A DNA stretch of 64,000 nt, taken from an uncultured delta proteobacterium. Its GTDB lineage: Bacteria > Desulfobacterota > WTBG01 > CAIYCZ01 > CAIRTM01. The stretch spans positions 128,001 through 192,000 of the forward strand of contig CAWDSQ010000026.1 of the NCBI GenBank assembly GCA_963804955.1, given 5' to 3'. Shown here piece after piece: positions 10,804 to 20,576 of the stretch; position 1 is the first letter of the stretch, and the number at the start of each line of letters is the position of its first letter. Made by a program: the position numbers and the translations under genes. The notes beneath the pieces were generated by a model. The model saw only the letters and a list, made by a program, of their open reading frames with translations, ran no database searches and was not told the DNA's origin.

Positions 10804-11364
10804 CTAAGGGCATAACGGCAGCGGCAACGGGGTGTCGCAGTCGGCCTTGTCACAGGCATCGCCTATGCCGTCATCATCCGAATCGGTCTGTGCTGGATTA
10901 TAGACAGCGGGGCAATTATCCACGGTGTTTTTTATTTTGTCATAGTCGCAATCATTGTTGGTGCAGGTGATGCCGCTGCCGCATGACTCCGGTCGGGTCC
11001 AGGTGCTGCCATCCGGGCAGGTCCAGGTCTCGTCGGTATGGGCAATATATTTCCTGCTATCCACCATGTATTCCACACCGCCGGTCACCGCCTTCATGCT
11101 GTAACAAAAAGCTCCCGACGGGTCCCGAACAGTTACATCCTGGCCCTCCGCCGTCATTGTGGCGCCGCTGGTATACTGATACGTGACAGTCCCATTGTCG
11201 AAGAACCAGCACTCCTGACACTGCAGGTATTCGGCGCAGGGCAGGCCAAAATCCCCACACGGTATACATACAACTTTTGGCTTGCAGGCTGTTTGAGTCA
11301 GCATTGCCAAACACATCACGGCACATGCGGAAACAATAAAAAATAATTTTTTCTTCGCCAACAT
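10804..11364 (-). CDS. Cys-rich lipoprotein with thrombospondin type-3 Ca-binding repeats
   Basis: Lipobox QTAC; DNCPAVYNPAQTDSDDDGIGDACD; GGGAGG RBS before ATG 11364. Confidence 0.75.
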   Translation of the reverse strand: MLAKKKLFFIVSACAVMCLAMLTQTACKPKVVCIPCGDFGLPCAEYLQCQECWFFDNGTVTYQYTSGATMTAEGQDVTVRDPSGAFCYSMKAVTGGVEYMVDSRKYIAHTDETWTCPDGSTWTRPESCGSGITCTNNDCDYDKIKNTVDNCPAVYNPAQTDSDDDGIGDACDKADCDTPLPLPLCP

Positions 11365-11460
11365 AGCACCCTCCCTTAAAAAATTTATGAAAATCCATAC
11401 TCTCTTTGCTAGTATACTCAAAAAATGGGGCTAGTAAAAGTATTAATACCAGCAGATTAT

Positions 11461-12683
11461 TTACAGATCGAGCAGGCTCTGCTCATAAGGGAAAGGGGAC
11501 AGCGCCCTTTTCAGCACCCCGTGGACAAAGGATATGGCGATGCCGTAGTTGGTAATTGGAACATTGAGGCTTTGCGCATCGCCGATGCGCGCAAGCATTT
11601 CCTGGCGGTTTATCATGCACCCGCCGCAGCTGATGACCAAGGCGTACTGCGATATATCCTTATCCACCAGAGGCCCGGCATTGGTCTCAAAAATTATATT
11701 CTTGCCCGTGTAGCTGCGTATCCAGCGGGGCAGCTTTAACCGGCCGATATCATCGGCATGGGGTGATGGGTGCAGGCTTCGAGAATAAGCACCTTGTCGC
11801 CGTCCTGCAGGCTGTCGATCCGGCGCACGCCGCGCACGAATTCGGCCAGGTCGCCCTTCTGACGCGAAAAAAGTATGGAGAAGGTGGTAAATTTTACATC
11901 TCCGGAATATCGCCCGACGATCTTCAAAACAACCTGCGAATCGCATATCACCAGAGCGGGTTTTCTGTCAAGCCCCCGCAGCGCATACTCTATCTCGCGC
12001 TCCTTGGCAGTAACCGCCACAGCGTCATTGTCAAGAACATCCCGTATGACCTGCACCTGCGGCAGTATGAGCCGCCCCTTCGGGGCCCCAAGATCAATGG
12101 GGACGACAAGCAGCACGATATCGCCATGGCTTATCAAGATCGCCGACAATCGTTTCGCGCTCAACAAACAGCCTGCTGCCGGCCTCGATGATCAGCTTCT
12201 TTCGCCGCATCCATATTCTCAGCCGTGCGGCAGGAAATAGCGGCATACGGCACGCCAAGAGCTGCAACCTTCTCAATCTGCGCCGCGTCAGGCGGCAGCG
12301 CATCGCTTTTGTTGAAAAGACGCAACCACCGCCCTGCCCTGCCCGAGCAGTTCCCTGCACAGCGCCTCGTCATCTGCGTCAAAATCTTCAGCTGTCGTGA
12401 CAAGTACGGCAAGATTAATCTTTCGGATGATCTGACGCGTGCGCTCCACGCGCAAAAGGCCGAGGTCGCCTGTATCGTCAAGGCCGGCCGTGTCATAGAT
12501 ATAGACCGGCCCGATGCCCGATATCTCCATGGTCTTGCCGACAGGGTCGGTCGTGGTGCCCGCACATCTGATACTATGGCGATACGTCTGCCCTGTCAGC
12601 GCATTGATAAGAGATGACTTGCCCACATTGCGCTTGCCGAAAATCCCTATGTGCAGCCTGTTGCCAACCGGTGTCGTATTCAT
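11461..12683 (-). CDS. hydF: [FeFe]-hydrogenase maturation GTPase HydF (multiple frameshifts)
   Basis: NRLHIGIFGKRNVGKSS, GTTTDPV, DTAG, NKSD, APKGRLILPQVQ, TTFSILFSRQKG, EACTHH, CGGCM, TNYG across four ORF fragments. Confidence 0.88.
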
Positions 12684-12866
12684 TTTTTTATTCCCATCAT
12701 GCTTATTTTCGGCAGACAGCAGGCTGGCGAATTTTTCATTGCCTCGCCCCTGTAAATAAACGCCCGCCAATGCCGATATATTTTTATTTAAGTCTTCCTG
12801 GGATTGCGTTGAATAAAAAGGATACTAAGCCAATACCGCCGCCGAGTCAAGAAACAGGAGTTATCC

Positions 12867-14585
12867 ATGGAAAATGCCGAAGCAGGCCGGCCAGACACCG
12901 CCGAGTCGATCGATCTGAAAAAGCTCCGGCGTGACCACTACCCGAACATTGCTCTTACCCGCTTTCTCAATGTCGATTATGTGCATGCTAAAACCGGCGA
13001 CGGCGGCGATATTTATGTGACCCGCCACGGTCTGCCGTTCATCAGGCCACATGGAGCCGGAAAACTGGTATACCGCCAAGTGGTTCAGGGCAAACCGGGA
13101 AAAGCTGGCCGGCACAAGCACCGTCTATAAGGTCACCACCAAACCCGTCGCCGGCAAATCGCTGGACATGGTCGTCAAGTGGTGCCGCATGGGCCAGGAT
13201 GTGCCGCTGGAAACAAAAATTATCGAGGACGTGCTGCGGGCCGAGTTCAACAGCCCCTTCGAGGAATTTTCCCTGGTTGAGGAATTGCGCGCCAACAGCT
13301 ATGGCCCGAGCGACATGAAAATACTGCTCCAGAAGCCCCTGGCCGTCTATGTGCCGCCCGAGCGGCTCCAGCTGTGGCAGACCGGCCGCTCCAGGGCCAA
13401 AATCATGAGTAAAATCGCCAAGCACCCGCGGCATGGAAATCGACATCCTGCGGCAGTATATCCTTATCTATAAATGGGTGCGGGGGCTGAACGCAGTGGC
13501 CGCTTTCGAGCTGGCGGGGTTGCCCGACGAGAAGCTGGCGGCATTCACGCGGCAGGTCATAAACGAGCTTCGGCTCAAGGGCTACCGCGTACTTGATCAG
13601 AAACCGGTCCACTTCATTATGCGTCCGCGGCCGGACGGCTCTCTCCCGAAAAGGCGCGACAGCCGCATACCCTATGCCCTTGTTGATTTCGAACTGCTTG
13701 AGCGCATGCCCGAGCATGAAGAGCAGGTAAGGCCATCGCGCCGCGGCAGCTACCTTGTGAAGCAGCGCGACCGCTTCCGGGACGATGTGCCAAAAAATGG
13801 CCCGCAGCACCTGCGGCCCAGTGATGTCATGGGCGTGGACTATGTGTATGGATTGACCGAGAGCACAAGCGGCCATCTCTGGGTGGCAGGGCATGACCCG
13901 GACCTGTTTGACTATTTTCAGCCCGAGCGCTGGCGCAGACCCCCCGTACCAGGCTTTCGCCTACGGACGATGCTTTTTATACCAAAACAAAAGATAATAT
14001 GAATATCGTCTGGAAAGTATCAAAATTGGGGGAACTGCCTGACGAAGCCGCTGATTCAGGCGCCAGGATAAAGGAGTGCGGCTATAACAGCCCCTTTGAA
14101 GAATTTTCCACAGCCTTCGCGCTCACGCGAAAGGGCATCGCTACCTATTTACCCGCGCGCAATTTACAAAAACGGGCTGCACGGCCGGGACAGGCTGCAT
14201 TGCCGGCAAGGCGGGTTGTACCGTTTCATGCCGGCATACTGACGCCCGAAGGGACACCCGTACTGCAGATGGATTATGATTCTTATCTACGGTCTGGGGT
14301 TCGCGACCGGGCCGGATGAATCACTTGCGGAACACGATGGCGTATTCTATACCGGTATCAATGCAGCAAATGCCCTGCGCCGCGAAATCATTACCGGCCA
14401 CGAGTATGACCGCCTCATGCGTCGCCTGGAGCGGCTGCTTGCAGAAAACGGCATGGAAAACCTGGGCCTTAAAGGCAATCATGTGCTGCTGTCGCTCAAT
14501 CCGGCGGGGCGAGCTGATGCGCGACACCAGCAATGAGCTCGACATCCGGCTGTGCAACTTCGAAACGGTGCACAGGCTTGCCTGA
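12867..14585 (+). CDS. Uncharacterised protein with two tandem kinase-like domains (multiple frameshifts)
   Basis: Consecutive fragments 12867, 13051, 13433, 13999, 14276, 14316 join into one protein; NSPFEEF occurs twice; AGGAG RBS and downstream terminator. Confidence 0.65.
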
Positions 14586-14606
14586 TGCCGGAATTTGAAG
14601 ATGCGC

Positions 14607-14648
14607 TATAAAAAACGCCGGGGCTGTATGCTCAGGCGTTTTTTTATA
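14607..14648. terminator. Bidirectional intrinsic terminator
   Basis: tataaaaaacgcc...ggcgttttttt between convergent genes. Confidence 0.75.
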
Positions 14649-14673
14649 AAGTAAACAAATCCGAGGGGAATTA

Positions 14674-14992
14674 TCAATACCCGCCGCGGCTCTTGAATCC
14701 ACCGCCGCCACCTGAGCGCCTGCGGTCACCGCCGGGACGATCGGTCTGAGGACGGGCCTCATTGACCACAATACCCCGGCCATAGAGCGGAGCATTATGC
14801 ATTGTTCGGATGGCTTCCTGCGCTCCTGCTTCAGTTGCCATTTCAACAAAAACCGAAACCTTTGGACTGACCCGTAAATTTGTCAAAAACAATATTGACC
14901 GAAACGACTTCTCCCGCTTCCGAAAAGCGTTTCTGCAGATCTTCCGTCGTTACTTTGTAGGACATATTTCCCACATACAGCTTTGTACCCAT
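14674..14992 (-). CDS. RRM RNA-binding protein with Gly/Arg tail (frameshifted)
   Basis: MGTKLYVGNMSY (RNP2), FVEM, VVNEARP, GGGGGFKSRGGY; AAGGAG RBS. Confidence 0.88.
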
Positions 14993-15325
14993 ACAACTCT
15001 CCTTTTCTGTGTTTACCGTTACCCGGAGGGCTGCCGCCCTCTGGTGCAGAGACGCACCATTACCATTTTCCGGACATTCTATTACTACTCAAGGTTGCTT
15101 CTCTGAGCGGAAGGTGCAATCCCGACCGATCTGATGGCTCAACAAAAAAAACCCTTGCAGGGTTTATATTTTAAACCCGCAGGGCTATTCTGAGATACGG
15201 CGGACTTAAAATTAAAAAAATAAAAAGTGTTATTTTTAACACTTTTACACAGATACAAAAATCTGTCAATCTAAAACAGTGCGGAAGCAGACTGAAAATA
15301 AAGCCGTACCTGCCCCCGAGATCCC

Positions 15326-15394
15326 GTAAGGGCGACCGGACGGTCGCCCCTGCAACCCCTGAAAGCAGCGAGGGCGCGAGTACCGCGCCCCTAC
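15326..15394. repeat. REP-like inverted pair
   Basis: gtaagggcgaccg-ga-cggtcgccc and gggcgcg..cgcgcccctac. Confidence 0.6.
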
Positions 15395-15420
15395 GATTCA
15401 AAAATATATATGCACGGCTC

Positions 15421-15933
15421 TCAAACCCGCACAACAAAACTTCCTGCCATTTTGTCATGCCAGCCCTGCTTGCGGCCGTCAAAGGCAATCCAGGCAAAAC
15501 CGAGGCCGGCAAACAGAAGGCTGATGAGCGAACCGAAATATCGCACCGTGGCCCTCCCAAAGCCAATGGCGCCTCCATCGCGGTTGACCACCTTGAGGCC
15601 CAAAGCAAGCTTGCCAACGGTCTGCCCTGTCAGGGCATGAAAATAGATAAAGTAAAATGCATTAATAAGCGAGTTGGCAACAAGCTGGGGAACCAGCAGC
15701 GCTTTGACGGGGTCCTCGATTTCCGGTGATAGAGACCGCACTATGACAATCCCTGCGCCATAGATAAACATTGAGGCAAAACCGAGCACCATTCCGTCGA
15801 GCATACAAGCCCAGAAGCGGCGCCAGAAGCCGCCATACAAAACAGACGCAGCCTGAGCCCTGAGCGGTGCATCGCAGCGCAGGCACCGCTCATCATGTTC
15901 AGCATTGAAACTTCCACACCGTTGGCAGCGCAT
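15421..15933 (-). CDS. RDD-family membrane protein with zinc ribbon
   Basis: CQRC..CLRC; GFWRRFWACMLD; GQTVGK..GLKVV; QGWHDKMAG. Confidence 0.9.
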   Translation of the reverse strand: MRCQRCGSFNAEHDERCLRCDAPLRAQAASVLYGGFWRRFWACMLDGMVLGFASMFIYGAGIVIVRSLSPEIEDPVKALLVPQLVANSLINAFYFIYFHALTGQTVGKLALGLKVVNRDGGAIGFGRATVRYFGSLISLLFAGLGFAWIAFDGRKQGWHDKMAGSFVVRV

Positions 15934-15948
15934 ATTCAGAAATCCGTT

Positions 15949-16686
15949 CTATCCGATTGTGCCCGTTTCATAACCAATGATTGCAAGCACGGCAAGGGGC
16001 GCTGTCTCGGCTCGCAGTATTGTTGTTCCGAGCCCTGCTGCAGTAAAACCATGCCTGCGCGCCAGTTCCGCCTCGGCATCAGAGAATCCGCCCTCAGGGC
16101 CAACCACAAAAACAATGTCTTTAAGACCACTGCGCTCTGCAAGCAGGCTGCCGAAGCCAACGGCCTTTTCCTGTTCCCATAACAATACTTTAAGAAACCC
16201 TTCAAAAGAGCCTGCCAGAGCTTCTTCGAAACCACCCGCCTGATCGACCACCGGCACCCGGCGCACACCCGACTGCTTAACGGCAGCAATGGCAATCTGC
16301 TGCCAGTGATGCTGCTTGTGCGCTGCTTTGTCCCTGTCCCAGCGGGTAATGCAGCGCGACGAAAAAAACGGTATGATGCGGGAAACGCCAAGCTCAGTGC
16401 TTTTCTGCACGATCAGGTCCATTTTCTGGGACTTGAGCACCGCCTGAACAAGCACGACCTGAGGAGCGTCAGAATTGCCAGCAGCAAAAGTTTCGGTAAT
16501 CCGAACGGTAACGGTATCGGCAGTACGTTCTGCAATCAAGCCGCTGTAGGCAGCACCCGTTGCATCAAAAAGCACAATTTCGTCATCGCGCTTCAAACGC
16601 AGCACCCTGACGATATGCCGCGCTTCCTCACCGGTCAGGGTAACTGTTGCGGCAACAGGTGGATTGTCTAAATAAAAACGACGCAT
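15949..16686 (-). CDS. rsmE: 16S rRNA m3U1498 methyltransferase
   Basis: HIVRVLRL, QKSTELGV, VGPEGGFS, LGTTILRAETA. Confidence 0.96.
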   Translation of the reverse strand: MRRFYLDNPPVAATVTLTGEEARHIVRVLRLKRDDEIVLFDATGAAYSGLIAERTADTVTVRITETFAAGNSDAPQVVLVQAVLKSQKMDLIVQKSTELGVSRIIPFFSSRCITRWDRDKAAHKQHHWQQIAIAAVKQSGVRRVPVVDQAGGFEEALAGSFEGFLKVLLWEQEKAVGFGSLLAERSGLKDIVFVVGPEGGFSDAEAELARRHGFTAAGLGTTILRAETAPLAVLAIIGYETGTIG

Positions 16687-16694
16687 GATAGCCT

Positions 16695-16787
16695 TTCAGG
16701 CTGAAAGCTGTAGACTGTAGGCTGTAGGCTGTAGGCTTTTAGGTTTTTTACAGTCTAAACGCTTACAGCTGAAACTTCAACAGCCTC
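16695..16787. repeat. Heptamer repeats (GGCTGTA) in two inverted arms
   Basis: gctgtagactgtaggctgtaggctgtagg followed by tacagtct..tacagct..aacagcct. Confidence 0.7.
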
Positions 16788-17052
16788 TCTACACAAGCAC
16801 TGCTTGAAGTCTTAACATATCATAGGGAACTCAAAAGGTATTATCTATCTGAAACAGCCTTTCAATTGAACTTTTCTTTACCCACTATATTTCTTTTTTT
16901 TGGCTAAAAAAGGCAAGGATTATCAGGTGAACACAGAAACAGGCAGGGGAACGTTGTTGACAAACCACACAAACTGAAATGTGCTTACCTGCGCATGTTT
17001 TTTCTTTGGTGATTCACAACATATGCCGCATGTATTTTTGTGCTGACCAGTT

Positions 17053-17412
17053 TCAGAGAAAAACCTTATAGCCAATATTAAGAGCCGCACCAAGAATTTT
17101 GGCGGTTTTAAGGCCAATGGGGCGTTTAGCCCGCTCCATCTCGGAAATATGGCTTTGTGGAATTCCGCATTTCTCGGCAAGCTGCTTTTGTGTCATCCCT
17201 TCCTTGCCGCGAGCGCCTGCAAGAATAACCCCCGGCCTTTTATCATCGGTCACTTCGGGAAACAGCTCATTCATGGTAAGATAGCGTTCTTCTTCAAGAG
17301 ACATAAAGCCGAGTGCCTTTAAAGAAGCAAGGGCTTTTTTTCTGTTTGTTGCAGGCCCAATAAACTTTATTGCTACTGCTTCAGTATGGTGCTTTTTCGT
17401 GTGTGCCAGCAT
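17053..17412 (-). CDS. XRE/HigA-like HTH antitoxin
   Basis: R..EGMTQKQLAEKCGIPQSHISEMER..RPIG; overlaps the upstream toxin gene. Confidence 0.85.
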   Translation of the reverse strand: MLAHTKKHHTEAVAIKFIGPATNRKKALASLKALGFMSLEEERYLTMNELFPEVTDDKRPGVILAGARGKEGMTQKQLAEKCGIPQSHISEMERAKRPIGLKTAKILGAALNIGYKVFL

Positions 17413-17659
17413 AGGTGACCTCAACTAAATTGATAGTTGTTTCTTGTTCCTCCCAAACCGCAACATAGGTAGGGCGGCCTTTTTTAATATGGCAATGGTG
17501 CCGCCGGGATGACAGCTTGCCATAGTTTGGCCAGTTGCCGCGCACGGGGCCGTACATTTGAATTTCGGCCATAAGCGCAAAGAGGTTATTTTTAACCGCA
17601 GAAGGCAAGGCGCTAACCTGCTTTTGTACTTTTCTGCTGGTGACAAGCTGCCATTGCAT
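17381..17659 (-). CDS. RelE/ParE-superfamily toxin
   Basis: About 92 aa from MQWQ; WPNYGKL..HHCH..PTYVAVW..VTYAGTHEKAPY; toxin-first order. Confidence 0.75.
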   Translation of the reverse strand: MQWQLVTSRKVQKQVSALPSAVKNNLFALMAEIQMYGPVRGNWPNYGKLSSRRHHCHIKKGRPTYVAVWEEQETTINLVEVTYAGTHEKAPY

Positions 17660-17775
17660 ATATACGATATATCCCAAAAAAGGTATTTCGTCAACTATCT
17701 CTTGCAGCCTTAGTCCCTCGACTGGGGAGGAATTCAAGAACGTCAACTTGACTTGTGAATCAACGTGTCGGTTCG

Positions 17776-18048
17776 GCATGCAGCTTTAGCCCGGAGGGCT
17801 TGAAGCACTTTCATGACCGTATCGAAGCGGGGTTTTGCTCCCGGCGCGAGACCTTTATAAAGACTCTCTTTCTCTAAACCTTAATCACGGGTAATTTTGG
17901 CCATTCCCCGTGCCTTGGCCACATCGCCAACTGCCGCAAGCAGCAAATCAAGATCGTTTTTTTCCATAACGACGGAAAGATACTCCGCTATGGCTTCCTC
18001 ATTATCAAAATAGGCACCCGCATCAAATGGGATCAGTTTTTCAGCCAT
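17776..18048 (-). pseudogene. Addiction-module antidote (HI1420-like HTH) with in-frame stop
   Basis: MAEKLIPFDAGAYFDNEEAIAEYL..GDVAKARGMAKITRD*GLEKESLYKGLAPGAKPRFDTVMKVL; TAA at 17881-17883. Confidence 0.8.
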
Positions 18049-18051
18049 TAT

Positions 18052-18141
18052 TCACACCTCCAGTTCATCGGCCAGTTTTCTGGCACGTTTACTATCGGTT
18101 TTTTGCGTGGATGTATCGCCTCCGGCAAGAACGACAGTCAG
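18052..18141 (-). pseudogene. C-terminal remnant of addiction-module killer toxin (HI1419/HigB-like)
   Basis: LTVVLAGGDTSTQKTDSKRARKLADELEV* immediately upstream of the antidote. Confidence 0.7.
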
Positions 18142-18193
18142 GGGCAATTATGTCGGTAAATTTGTTGCATTGACGATAACGGGGATGGATTTT

Positions 18194-18529
18194 TTATAGA
18201 GATATTTCGATAGACGTCTTTGCGTGCAGCACATCCCAGAGAAAACTTTCGGACGTAGCACTTTCTATTTCTTTCGGCGTATAACCGAATGCCTCAATAG
18301 GCTCAAGTATCCGACCCGATGCAAGCCCGAGCACTTCAAGCCGCTCCCTGACATTAAAAGGTTGAAAGTCTTTTGACACAACGATGAGGTCAATGTCGCT
18401 ATCCAAGCGCTCCCGGCCTTCGGCATACGATCCGAAAAGTATTATTTTTTCAGAACATATATTGAGCCGCTGCAACTCCTGCCGGTAGCGGCTTACTATG
18501 TCTGTAATGTTTCGTGCGTCTTTAGCCAT
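18194..18529 (-). CDS. Minimal nucleotidyltransferase (MNT)
   Basis: LFGSYAEG..DSDIDLIVVS. Confidence 0.9.
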   Translation of the reverse strand: MAKDARNITDIVSRYRQELQRLNICSEKIILFGSYAEGRERLDSDIDLIVVSKDFQPFNVRERLEVLGLASGRILEPIEAFGYTPKEIESATSESFLWDVLHAKTSIEISL

Positions 18530-18888
18530 GCGATCACCTCACGGGTTTTTTCAAGATACTGCCCTGCAACATCAGCAGGGTATGCGGTTACAAGCTGGGA
18601 GAAATCTTCAGGATATCTCGTAACCAGGCTTGCATTATTGAGCCGGGCGATAAAATCGAGCATATCCTGATTCGGCTGCACATCTCCAAGCTTAAGGAGA
18701 TAAATCAAATTATGCGTTTTGGGTGGAACAGCCTGCGTGACCTGGGCCGCAACAGCCTTGAGCATCTTTTCAATGGCGATGTGGCACATGAAGACAACAT
18801 AAATATGCCTTCCAGACCCCAGCATTGCCTCTGCTGTTTGGAGATCATAAGCGGCAGAAAGCATAAAATTTTCTGCATCTTTTCTCAT
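18496..18888 (-). CDS. HEPN-domain protein
   Basis: A..DL..A, FMCHIAIEKMLKA, PPKTHNL, TRYP. Confidence 0.88.
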   Translation of the reverse strand: MRKDAENFMLSAAYDLQTAEAMLGSGRHIYVVFMCHIAIEKMLKAVAAQVTQAVPPKTHNLIYLLKLGDVQPNQDMLDFIARLNNASLVTRYPEDFSQLVTAYPADVAGQYLEKTREVIAWLKTHETLQT

Positions 18889-19107
18889 GCGGCTGACACC
18901 TAGTGAGAGTAAGCTCTTCTATTATTTGAAATCTTATAAATTTAAGATGAAAAGAGCAAGCTTTTTTAAAATGTTAGCCTAACGATAGCGCCCCCTTTGA
19001 AAATTTTTAAAAATACCTGACGATGGAACTTTTTTGAACGGTCAATTGTCTAATAGAGTAGAAAGCAGTCGTGAAAAAAACCATTTAACCCAAGAAGGAG
19101 CAAAGTC

Positions 19108-19395
19108 ATGACAAAAACAGTATGTATCGCAGCAGCAGTTCTGATGGTCGTTATGTTTGCCGTCGAATCTCAGGCAGGGGGCCGGTGTGGGGGCTACGGT
19201 TATTCGTCGCGCGGATTAAAAAGTTTTCCCAGCTTCAAAACCTATTCAGCGCCGGCTCCGCGAAACTACAAAAACGGTGGAGAAATCTACCTGCAGAACG
19301 GGTATCCCAAGCAAAATGGAACATACGTCATGCCACACTTAAAGACCCGGCCCGACAGCACTCCGTATAATAACCTGGGTGCATGGAGCAAGTAA
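19108..19395 (+). CDS. Small secreted hypothetical protein
   Basis: Signal peptide; GY.K.NGTYV.PH.KT.PD..YNN motif; AAGGAG RBS. Confidence 0.7.
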   Translation: MTKTVCIAAAVLMVVMFAVESQAGGRCGGYGYSSRGLKSFPSFKTYSAPAPRNYKNGGEIYLQNGYPKQNGTYVMPHLKTRPDSTPYNNLGAWSK

Positions 19396-19440
19396 TTGTA
19401 CTCGGATTCATGCTTAAGAGGTTTTATGAAAGAATAAAAC

Positions 19441-19534
19441 TGTCATCGCGAGGCCGCAGGCCGTGGCGATCTCGTGCCCCGGTACAAAGACCGGGATTGC
19501 CGCGTCAGTCGCTCCGCTCCTTCCTCGCAATGAC
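19441..19534. repeat. GTCAT...ATGAC-bounded palindromic element
   Basis: gtcatcgcgagg ... cctcgcaatgac with internal hairpins. Confidence 0.65.
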
Positions 19535-19610
19535 CCTGGATATGTCAAGTTGCACGGCAGCATAATTTAAGCTGGGCAGTACAAATATCCATAATCGTGT
19601 GGGGTGATGA

Positions 19611-20186
19611 TTGAAAGAGGAAAGAAGAAATCCATTTGAAGCTCTGTGCGAGGCGCGTTACTGCTGGCGGCTGGGATGCACTACATGCGGCACCTGGCCG
19701 CTCAGAGCTGATCTGTATCGTCTTGTTTTAGGTTTTCACCCGGATGATGCTGATTGGAAAGGGGAGTTTCTGTTCGTTGAAGCAAAAACCGGCAAAGGTC
19801 CATATCGGGAAATTGTTGTTCACCCGGAGAAGGGCAAATTTCCGAGTAGATATCCGGAATACTCTCGGGATTTATCAGAGCAGGATCAGTTAAAACTTCA
19901 GGGAGTAATAAAGGGTGTCACAATAGCCCGTCTCAATATGACAGAGCCGAGATGGCTGGGGTATTTGGGTGTCGCTTTGAAATGGTGCGAGGAAGCTGAA
20001 AGCAATAATAGACTTTTAACCCACGCTCTTGTGCCTCAATTTGCAGAACTGCTTGCATCAGGGCAAACCCATGCCCAACAAAGTTTTCAGCATATTTTAG
20101 ATAATTGTCTGACGTGGCAGAATCTGGAAGGAATTGAGAGAGCCTTGTTGTGGGGTAAAATTATTAAACAACCGGCGCCCAGATAA
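19611..20186 (+). CDS. Hypothetical protein with N-terminal Cys cluster
   Basis: 191-aa ORF; C..CWRLGCTTCG. Confidence 0.6.
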   Translation: MKEERRNPFEALCEARYCWRLGCTTCGTWPLRADLYRLVLGFHPDDADWKGEFLFVEAKTGKGPYREIVVHPEKGKFPSRYPEYSRDLSEQDQLKLQGVIKGVTIARLNMTEPRWLGYLGVALKWCEEAESNNRLLTHALVPQFAELLASGQTHAQQSFQHILDNCLTWQNLEGIERALLWGKIIKQPAPR

Positions 20187-20342
20187 AAAATACTCACGTG
20201 GAAATTTCGCAGCCTGCGTTAGGCGCAACTTGATCTCAAAGCAATGCCCGAATACCGCCAATCCTTCTGCTGTGCAGTGTTGGTGATTACAGGTGACTGG
20301 AGGTAATACAACACAATAAACAAATTGACAGACTACCGGCGG

Positions 20343-20573
20343 CTATGCCGATGTTTTAGATGCCCAGTTGAGGTTTAATTCACGACGGGATGTGGCGCAA
20401 TCACGCAGATAGAGGTTTATCAGGCTCTGATAGGGAACGCCTGTTTTTTCCGATAACCCTTTGAAATAATCAATGACATCCTGCCCGATGCGCAATGTGA
20501 CCTGCTTTTTGAGCCTCTTTGCGTAGGGATTTGGCCGCGCTTTCATTTTGGAAAGATCATATTCTTCTTTCAT
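20343..20573 (-). CDS. BrnA-family antitoxin
   Basis: MKEEYDLS..NPYA..KKQVTLR..VIDYFK..PYQSLINLYLRDC. Confidence 0.9.
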   Translation of the reverse strand: MKEEYDLSKMKARPNPYAKRLKKQVTLRIGQDVIDYFKGLSEKTGVPYQSLINLYLRDCATSRRELNLNWASKTSA

Positions 20574-20576
20574 AAC

